From Faecousia sp. (GTDB taxonomy: Bacteria > Bacillota > Clostridia > Oscillospirales > Oscillospiraceae): a stretch of DNA of 64,000 nucleotides. Below the pieces are notes generated by a model. The model searched no databases. It had not been told where the DNA came from and saw only the letters and a list, made by a program, of their open reading frames with translations. Position 1 is the stretch's first letter, and each line of letters begins with the position of its first letter. Below are positions 47,441-55,600 of this stretch, in pieces. The stretch spans positions 15,146 to 79,145 of the forward strand of contig JAZRGR010000225.1 in assembly GCA_045644345.1 (NCBI GenBank), in the 5' to 3' direction. The translations under genes and the position numbers were made by a program.

Positions 47441-49586
47441 TGAAAACGGCTATGCTGTGCTTAGGCTAAAGAGTGATGAATACGGTGATATCACGGTAGT
47501 AGGCACCATTCCTGCACCATCGGCGGGGGAGCGGCTTATGGTTACCGGACATTGGGCGGTCCATAGCTCCTATGGCAAACAGTTTGAGGCAGAATTTCTG
47601 GAACGGCTCCTGCCGGACACCCAAGAAGAGATACTGAAATACCTTTCTTCTCGGGCGGTAAAGGGCATTGGACCTAAAACCGCCCAGAAGATCGTTGCCA
47701 GATTTGGAGATGAGACGTTACAGATCCTGGATACAGCTCCTCACAGGCTGGCAGAGATCAACGGCATTTCCCGTGCTAAGGCAAAGGAAATGGGGGAAAG
47801 CTATCGCAATCAGATAGGGATCCGCCGCTTGATGGAATTTGTCACTACCAATCATCTTCCTGCGGAGCTTGCTGTCCGTGTGTACAAGCTATATGGTGAC
47901 AATGCTCTGGAGATTCTGCAGGAGAATCCCTATATTCTAACGCAGACCGATATTTCCGGTGATTTTGCTGCTACGGATGCATTGGCTATACGCTTGGGGA
48001 TCCCATCACAGGATCCGAGACGGATCGATGCGGGGATTTTGTGGTCCCTGCGCCGGGGATTGGACAACGGTCATTGCTTCCTGCCGGAGGATAAGCTCGT
48101 GACTGTGGCTATGCAGCTTATGGGATTGGGAGATGTACCGATTAGAGATGGGCTTGAACGGCTACAGATATTGGGACTTCTGGATATTGAGGAGTTGGGT
48201 GGTGCCCGAGCGGTATATCTGCCGGAATACATGGAGGCAGAGATGGCTGTTGCCCACAGACTTAAGAGTATGGCGGACAGCCCGATAAACCCCTTGCCTC
48301 AAGCGGAGAGGTTCCTCCACGCTGTGCAGGCAAAACGCGGAATACAATATGCCGCCCTCCAGCAGAAGGCAATTCGCTGGGCGGGAGAACGGAAGCTTAT
48401 GATCTTAACAGGGGGACCCGGAACGGGCAAAACAACGACTTTAGCGGGGATCCTGTCATTGTGTGAGCTATTAAAGCGTAAAACGCTTCTTGCTGCCCCT
48501 ACGGGACGAGCTGCCAAGCGTCTTGCAGAATTAACGGGATGTGAGGCATCCACGATCCATAGATTACTGGAGGCACAGATCTCTCCTCAGACAGGAGAGA
48601 TGATCTTTGCCAAGGATGAGGACGACCCTCTCAAGTGTGACACGCTGATCCTGGATGAGGTATCCATGGTGGATCTTCAGCTGATGTACAGTGTTCTTAG
48701 GGCTTTGCCGAAGAATGCCAGTCTCGTCTTGGTGGGCGACCCGGATCAGCTTCCCAGTGTGGGACCCGGCAAAGTATTCCAAGATCTGATTGCCAGTGAG
48801 CGTATCGATGTGGTTGCGTTAAAGGAGATATTCCGTCAAGCACAGGAGAGCCTTATCGTTACCAATGCTCACGAGGTCAACCATGGTAATATGCCGATCC
48901 TTAACAGGACGGACAGAGATTTTTTCTTCATAAGGCGGAGCGATCCCAAGGCACTGCTGGACACGGTTACAGAGCTCTGCGCTACTCGCCTGCCAAGGTA
49001 TCAAGGGATCACACCTATGGATATCCAGGTTATTGCACCCACCCGAAAGGGGGCGGCAGGAACCAACCATCTCAATCGACTGTTGCAGGAAGCATTAAAT
49101 CCATCCGATCGGAGCAAAAAAGAAATCTGCAGTGGAGAACGTATCTTCCGCAAGGGGGACCGTGTAATGCAGATCCGCAACAACTATGATTTAGGCTGGA
49201 GACGGGACGATGGGATGGAGGGCTTCGGAATCTTTAATGGAGACTGCGGTACGATCCTGGATATCGATCATCAGCAGGAACAGCTCCTGATACAGTTTGA
49301 CGACCGTATGGTCTATTATGACCAGGACCTTCTGACAGACCTGGAGTTGGCATATGCAATTACTGCTCACAAGAGCCAAGGCTGTGAATATGGTGCTGTG
49401 GTTTTTGTTGCTTATGACGCATCTCCGCGGTTACTGAATCGGAGCGTGCTGTATACAGCTATGACACGCGCCAAGGATCTCATGGTCATCGTTGGCAAGG
49501 AGCAGATCATCGCAGATATGACCATGAATCATGCGAAAAACAAACGTTACTGCGGTTTGCAGTATAGACTTCAACAGGAAATATAG
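47388..49586 (+). CDS. recD2: ATP-dependent RecD2-like DNA helicase
   Basis: F.N.ENGY.V, HhH VKGIGPKTA, TGGPGTGKTT, LAAPTGRAAKRL, DEVSM, GDPDQLPSV, AYAITAHKSQG.EY; TTG start after GGGAG. Confidence 0.93.
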   Translation: MEQVLIKGTITSVIFRNNENGYAVLRLKSDEYGDITVVGTIPAPSAGERLMVTGHWAVHSSYGKQFEAEFLERLLPDTQEEILKYLSSRAVKGIGPKTAQKIVARFGDETLQILDTAPHRLAEINGISRAKAKEMGESYRNQIGIRRLMEFVTTNHLPAELAVRVYKLYGDNALEILQENPYILTQTDISGDFAATDALAIRLGIPSQDPRRIDAGILWSLRRGLDNGHCFLPEDKLVTVAMQLMGLGDVPIRDGLERLQILGLLDIEELGGARAVYLPEYMEAEMAVAHRLKSMADSPINPLPQAERFLHAVQAKRGIQYAALQQKAIRWAGERKLMILTGGPGTGKTTTLAGILSLCELLKRKTLLAAPTGRAAKRLAELTGCEASTIHRLLEAQISPQTGEMIFAKDEDDPLKCDTLILDEVSMVDLQLMYSVLRALPKNASLVLVGDPDQLPSVGPGKVFQDLIASERIDVVALKEIFRQAQESLIVTNAHEVNHGNMPILNRTDRDFFFIRRSDPKALLDTVTELCATRLPRYQGITPMDIQVIAPTRKGAAGTNHLNRLLQEALNPSDRSKKEICSGERIFRKGDRVMQIRNNYDLGWRRDDGMEGFGIFNGDCGTILDIDHQQEQLLIQFDDRMVYYDQDLLTDLELAYAITAHKSQGCEYGAVVFVAYDASPRLLNRSVLYTAMTRAKDLMVIVGKEQIIADMTMNHAKNKRYCGLQYRLQQEI

Positions 49587-49597
49587 TAGGTGAAAGT

Positions 49598-50701
49598 ATG
49601 AATTTGACTTCTAAAGCCATTGGTATCGATTTAGGAACTTCTAACGTTGTGATCTACCAGGAGGGGAAAGGAATTGTGCTCCGAGAACCCACTGTGGTCG
49701 CTATGGATAAGAATACCGGCAACGTTATACAGGTAGGATCTGCTGCCAGGAATATGTTAGGCAGAACACCGGGACATGTTGTGGCAGTTCGTCCTCTGGT
49801 AGGCGGTGTGGTTGCGGATTATGAGCTTACGGCTAAGATGCTTACCGAGATGGTTAAGAGGACTGTTAAGGGCTCTATTATCAAGCCGGATATGATCGTC
49901 AGTGTTCCCAGCGGTGTTACAGAGGTTGAGGAACGTGCTGTGGTGCAGGCTGTAATGGAGGCGGGTGCTAAGAGAGTATATCTCATAGAGGAGGTTCGCG
50001 CTGCGGCGATCGGAGCAAGTCTCGATATGAGCCGTCCTACGGGACATTTGGTGGTGGATATCGGAGGAGGTACAACAGACATTGGCGTTGTGGTATCCAA
50101 CGAGGTTGCCTATTCTTCTTCCATCAAAGTTGCAGGTATGACTTTTGATAAGGCAATTATGGACTATATTCAGAAGAAACATCTGTTTACGATCGGTGAG
50201 AACGCTGCAGAAGAGATCAAGACTACCATTGGCTGTGTGATCCCTCGCCCCAATACAATGGCGATGAATGTTCGTGGCAGAGACAATGTGGTGGGCTTAT
50301 CCGACGGTGAGCTTTTAGACTACTATAAGCGTAGTGAGCGGAGAAGCAAGAGTGAGAGACCGATTGCCAGGGAAGAGATCCGGATCAATTCCGAGGAGAT
50401 TCGGATGGCCCTTGAGCCTTATGTGATACAGATATTGGAGGAGATCAGCAAGGTGATCAACCATGTGTCTGCCGAGCTTGCATCAGATGCTATAAAGAAC
50501 GGCATTACGATCACCGGTGGTGGCAGCCAGATTTGGGGCATGGATCGATTGATTGCAGATTACTTCCATACAGAATGCAATTTGGCCGATGACGCAGACT
50601 CCTGTGTAGCGTATGGTTGCGGTAGTGCTATTAGCTGGACCAAGCATATGAACGACGGCCCCATCAATATTGCAAGAAACCGAAGAATGATGGATTATTG
50701 A
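49598..50701 (+). CDS. mreB: MreB/Mbl-family actin-like protein (divergent paralog)
   Basis: IGIDLGTSN, REPTVVA, VRPL..GVVADY, VPSGVTEVEERAV, VVDIGGGTTD, TGGG. Confidence 0.85.
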   Translation: MNLTSKAIGIDLGTSNVVIYQEGKGIVLREPTVVAMDKNTGNVIQVGSAARNMLGRTPGHVVAVRPLVGGVVADYELTAKMLTEMVKRTVKGSIIKPDMIVSVPSGVTEVEERAVVQAVMEAGAKRVYLIEEVRAAAIGASLDMSRPTGHLVVDIGGGTTDIGVVVSNEVAYSSSIKVAGMTFDKAIMDYIQKKHLFTIGENAAEEIKTTIGCVIPRPNTMAMNVRGRDNVVGLSDGELLDYYKRSERRSKSERPIAREEIRINSEEIRMALEPYVIQILEEISKVINHVSAELASDAIKNGITITGGGSQIWGMDRLIADYFHTECNLADDADSCVAYGCGSAISWTKHMNDGPINIARNRRMMDY

Positions 50702-50735
50702 TCCTTTTTAGTTATATAGATAGGAGGGGGTTCCT

Positions 50736-52454
50736 GTGGCAGAGAACAAGAAAAGAGACCCGTTTCAGTATGACTTTGACCAGCAGTGGGACGTAGAGCG
50801 TGAGCTATACGGAAAACGGTGGGTCGAGGAGGCAAACCATAATAAGGAGCAGGCTGATATAGATGTTTTCCTGCCTGCTGTGAATCAACAGAGCAAGAGT
50901 GAACGAGCTGCTATAGCCGGTGGAGATAAGAAGTCGACATCGCCGCATAGTGCAGATAGGGGCAATGGAACAAGAAGCAGACGTGTGGGGGCCCATGCCC
51001 CTAAGACGGAGAAGCCTACACGGATGCCACCTCAGCCCAAGAAACGTTCATCAGCCAATAACAAAAAGAAGAGAAAGCCTAACTATAAAGGATGGGCGAT
51101 CCTGGCAGTGATGGCTCTGACGGCAATTTTGGTGCTGTACTTGTTGATCCGATTCTTCGTGTGGGTATTATCCCCTGCAGAGAAGACGAAAGAAGAGGAT
51201 TCATCCACCGTCTCTACGGTAGAAACAGTTCCCACAACAACGGTGGATTATGAGGCACTTGCTGCGGAGATCTTGGAGGAAGCGGAGCTTCAGGCTGCTA
51301 TGTACGATTATGATCGGGCAATTGCTACGGTAAAGAGTTTCGGTTCCGGCTGGAGTCAGCGGACAGATCTGACACAAGCAACCCAGCGGTATGAGCAGCT
51401 TAAACTGCAGATGGTTCGTTGGGAGGATACTACAACGATCCCTCATATTTTCTTCCATATCCTGGTTGCGGACAATGCAAGAGCCTTCGACGGAGATTAT
51501 ACTGAGGCCGGTTACAATCAGTATATGACTACGATTCCTGAATTTAATGCCATTTTGGAAGAGCTCTATGCGCGAGACTACGTTTTGGTACGGATCCATG
51601 ACATTGCGCAGCTAACAACAGATGAAAACGGCGAGCAGGTCTACCGTCAAGGAGATATTTACCTGCCGGAAGGGAAAAAGCCCATCGTTATGTCCCAAGA
51701 TGACGTAAACTTCTATGAGTATATGGTCGATAGCGACGGAGATCATCTTCCCGATGCAGGAGGAGATGGCTTTGCCAGCAAACTGTTGGTAGATGCCCAT
51801 GGGGATATTACCTGTGAGTATGTTACGGCAGAGGGAGAGGTTGTTTACGGCGATTATGATCTGGTACCTATCCTGGAACGCTTTGTAGAGGAGCATCCCG
51901 ACTTCTCTTATCGAGGAGCAAAGGCTATTTTGGGCCTCACAGGATACGAAGGGGTCTACGGTTATCGTACAGATAAGGATGGAAAGGAACGTCTCACTCC
52001 CCAAGAATTCCAAGCGGAGATCGAGGGGGCCAAAAGGGTCAATGAGTGGTTAAAGGATCACGGATGGGAGATTGCGAGCCACAGCTACGGACATCCATCC
52101 TATGGATCTATTTCCTTAGAGGATCTTGCTCACGACGTAAGTCGCTGGGAAGAAGAAGTTCAGCCCGTGGTAGGGGATACGGATATCTTTATCTATCCCT
52201 ATGGTAGTGACATTGCCGGTGTGGAGAATTATTCCGGATCTAAGTATGAGACTATGTATGAGGCAGGATACCGTTTCTTCTGCAATGTGGACTCCTCGGA
52301 ATATTGGGTTCATATCCGCAATCATTATGTGCGCCAGGGCAGACGGAATTTAGATGGGTATCGGATGTGGTATGACCCGGAGCTGTTGGAGGATCTGTTC
52401 GATGTGGAAAAGGTTTTCGATCCCGACAGAACCACACCGGTTCCTCCGATTTGA
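50736..52454 (+). CDS. Membrane-anchored polysaccharide deacetylase-like protein with a long disordered cytoplasmic N-terminus
   Basis: Single TM (WAILAVMALTAILVLYLLIRFFVWVL); HIFFHIL, KPIVMSQDDV, WEIASHSYGH, FIYPYG. Confidence 0.75.
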   Translation: MAENKKRDPFQYDFDQQWDVERELYGKRWVEEANHNKEQADIDVFLPAVNQQSKSERAAIAGGDKKSTSPHSADRGNGTRSRRVGAHAPKTEKPTRMPPQPKKRSSANNKKKRKPNYKGWAILAVMALTAILVLYLLIRFFVWVLSPAEKTKEEDSSTVSTVETVPTTTVDYEALAAEILEEAELQAAMYDYDRAIATVKSFGSGWSQRTDLTQATQRYEQLKLQMVRWEDTTTIPHIFFHILVADNARAFDGDYTEAGYNQYMTTIPEFNAILEELYARDYVLVRIHDIAQLTTDENGEQVYRQGDIYLPEGKKPIVMSQDDVNFYEYMVDSDGDHLPDAGGDGFASKLLVDAHGDITCEYVTAEGEVVYGDYDLVPILERFVEEHPDFSYRGAKAILGLTGYEGVYGYRTDKDGKERLTPQEFQAEIEGAKRVNEWLKDHGWEIASHSYGHPSYGSISLEDLAHDVSRWEEEVQPVVGDTDIFIYPYGSDIAGVENYSGSKYETMYEAGYRFFCNVDSSEYWVHIRNHYVRQGRRNLDGYRMWYDPELLEDLFDVEKVFDPDRTTPVPPI

Positions 52455-52690
52455 TCTATGGCGAGACAGAGCTGACCCATTGATGATCGGTGCGAATATC
52501 AGACACCCATTCGAAGCAATGCAACGAATGGGTGTTTAGTATAATTTATTGTGCAATGCATGTAATTCTGAAAACCTATAAAAACGGCTGATAAAGCCGT
52601 TTTTATAGGTCCCCACAGCATAGCTGTGTTGAATAAGTCGCAAGGGCGACTTAATCAGCAAACATTATATAGGAATGGTTGTGATTTGAA

Positions 52691-55600
52691 ATGATGAAAC
52701 GCATCTTGAGCATGACGCTGTTGGTAGCGATGCTGCTGACACTGCTTCCTGCGATGTATTTTGAGGTATTAGCAGCGACCTACACTACTGCAGATTGGAA
52801 CGCCCTGCGGAATAATTGGAAGATCTCCATTTGCGGTGATGATACGGTGGATTGGTCCGATTCCGAGATTCAAAAGATTGTGGGACAGACCAACAGTTCC
52901 GGAGTGTCCTCCTCCGGCATTAGCTACAACGGTGGCAAGTATTGGAGAGATCTGGAGTCCAACCGTTCCAATTCCGGGCGGGTTTTTGGTAGTACGAACA
53001 TTACCATTACTGTATCCAGTGATACCATGCGGAAACAGTTTGTCTATTTGATGCACATGGCTAAGGCGTATGGTACCCGTGGAACGGTCTACACCTATAA
53101 AGATAGCAATGGGAGCTTGATAGCTACAGAGCTGTATCAGAATCAAGATCTGAGAAATGCCATATTCTACGGATTAGGGAAGTCAACCGGTTTTTTTAAT
53201 AAAGATCGGTGGTCTTCGCAGAAGAGTAGCAGTACCGCGACTACCTACTACAACTGGTGGGATTGGGCTTTTGGCTCTCCGGATGAGATTTTGCAGACTC
53301 TCCTTGTCATGTATCCATTCAAGACCACTGCAGAGAAGGATACAGCCAACAAGCTTATGGATACCTGTCGGTATTTGATCGATGCCATTCGACCCAATAA
53401 TGACGGAAAGACAGATGAAACGTCTATCAGCTATCGTCGTACTCGTCTGCGGATCTGCGGCATGATCGCGGCACTGAAGCAGGATACTGCCCTCATGGAG
53501 CAGACTCGCACGAATTTGGTCAATTTCCTCGAACAGAATGATGGTGGTAATGGTGTGCAGATGGATGACTCCTATGTTGCCCATGATTCTTTTGCCTACG
53601 AAGGTTGCTACGGTGTGCAGAATCTGGCGGAGCGCATTATTGGCAGTTATTACGTAATGGCAGGTACAGCCTTCGAGTTAGATGCTTCAAACAAGCATAA
53701 TCAAGTAGACTGGATCCTAAAAACCTTTATGCCCGCTATGCACAACGGTGTCATGATGATGCAGAGCAACGGCAGATTCCCGGCGAGCGGTCGGGAATAC
53801 GGCAGGTATGCCATTACAGCGGCATTACAGCTACTGGGGTGCTTTGCACCGGAGGATGATCTGCAGCTTATCCAATTCATTCGCGACATTGTTGTACAGG
53901 ACTCTGAGGCAGAAACCTACAAGATCTATTCTGCATTGGCAGTAGCTCTGGGAAATGTCATGCTGGTTCAGCGACTGAAAGAATGCGTATTCGAGTATAA
54001 CGTACCGCAACTTGGGGGTACCTATGCCCGGATGCGGTATAGGAACGATCGTGCAGTACAGCATACAGAGAACTATACCGTAGGGCTCGCTATGAGTTCC
54101 CGACGAATCGCAACCCATGAGAGCATCAACGGTGCGAACCGCTATGGTTGGTACATCGGTGACGGCGCTCTGTATGTGTATAACGACAAGACCACCGTCT
54201 CATATGACCAGTATGGTGCTGACTTTAACCGATATGCCAATATGTATCGGATCCCCGGAACCACGGAGGAGAACAGCACTGCGCGGAAGCCTGTGTCTCA
54301 GAGGGAGGAATATTTCCCGGGTATGACCTATACCTCCTCCGGTTGGACCCAGGACAAGAATAAGGACGGGGTAGATGCAGGCGCCTTTGTAGGTGGTGTG
54401 GATTTAGACGGGCAGTTCGTTGCGGCGGCAATGGACTTTGAGGCATATAGTTGGTCTTCTGCGGAATCTACCGTAGAGAAGACGAAGATTAAGAGTCCTG
54501 TGGAACGGAATAATCTGAAGCAGGTCCTAACATCGAATCTAACGGCAAAGAAGTCCTATTTTATGTTCGATGATGAAATTGTCTGCGTGGGTAGCGACAT
54601 TGATTTCAGTACTCGTAGCAATTCCGTCTATACCTATGTGGATAATCGTGAGCTGACAGAAAAGACTACCATTGACGGTGTGACCACCTATGGAACCGAG
54701 GATATTATCGTTGACGGTGTCACACTGGAGAAGGTCAACTCCTTCTCTACCAAGAAGTATACGGATCCGGGCTGGGTATATGCAGGTAACTTTGGTGGCT
54801 ATGTTTTCCCCAAAGGAGGCAATATTACCATTAAGAAAGCCTTCCGTGAATCTTCGGCAGATGGGGATAATACCAACGACAGCTTTAATGATTATACCTT
54901 GGGTGCTACTGCACCTAACGGCAAGCACAGCTTCTTCGAAATGTGGGTAGACCATGGCTCCAAGCCTGTGGACGGCAGCTACAGCTATGTCATGCTCCCA
55001 GGTAAAACACCGGCGGAGACCCAAGGGTATAGTAAGAGCCCGGATATCACCGTTTCCAAGAATACAACGTCTATGCACGTTGTCAAGGAGAATACACTCG
55101 GTATTACTGCTATGGTATTCTGGAAGGCGGGTACCTACGGTGATATTACTGTAGACAAGCCCATGATCGTCATGGTACGGGAGTTGGATGGTATGTATAC
55201 CATTAGTGTCTCAGATCCTACCCAGGAGTTGAGCTCCGGCACCATTACCATCAACCGTGCTCTCCATAGCTGGGATATCAACAGCCGCATGACAGTGTCC
55301 GGTACTTCTAAGATCACGATTAAGGTCAACTTCAGTGGTGTCAAGGGTGCATCTATTGCAAGCGAATTTTCTATTGCCGACACCCAGCAGCTTATGTTCG
55401 ACTTCACTAAGGTCAATTCCGGTAAATATCACGATAAGCTCTACGGCTTCAAAAATTATGGCAATGTCAACAACTGGGCGCCTATGCGGATCCCCAGCGA
55501 CGCTCTGTCCTTTAGCGGCGGCAAGCTCATTGTTCCCTTGACTACGGAGAAGGACAGCTCCGGGAATCTCCGGTATCACACCTATATCCAGCCTTCGGAT

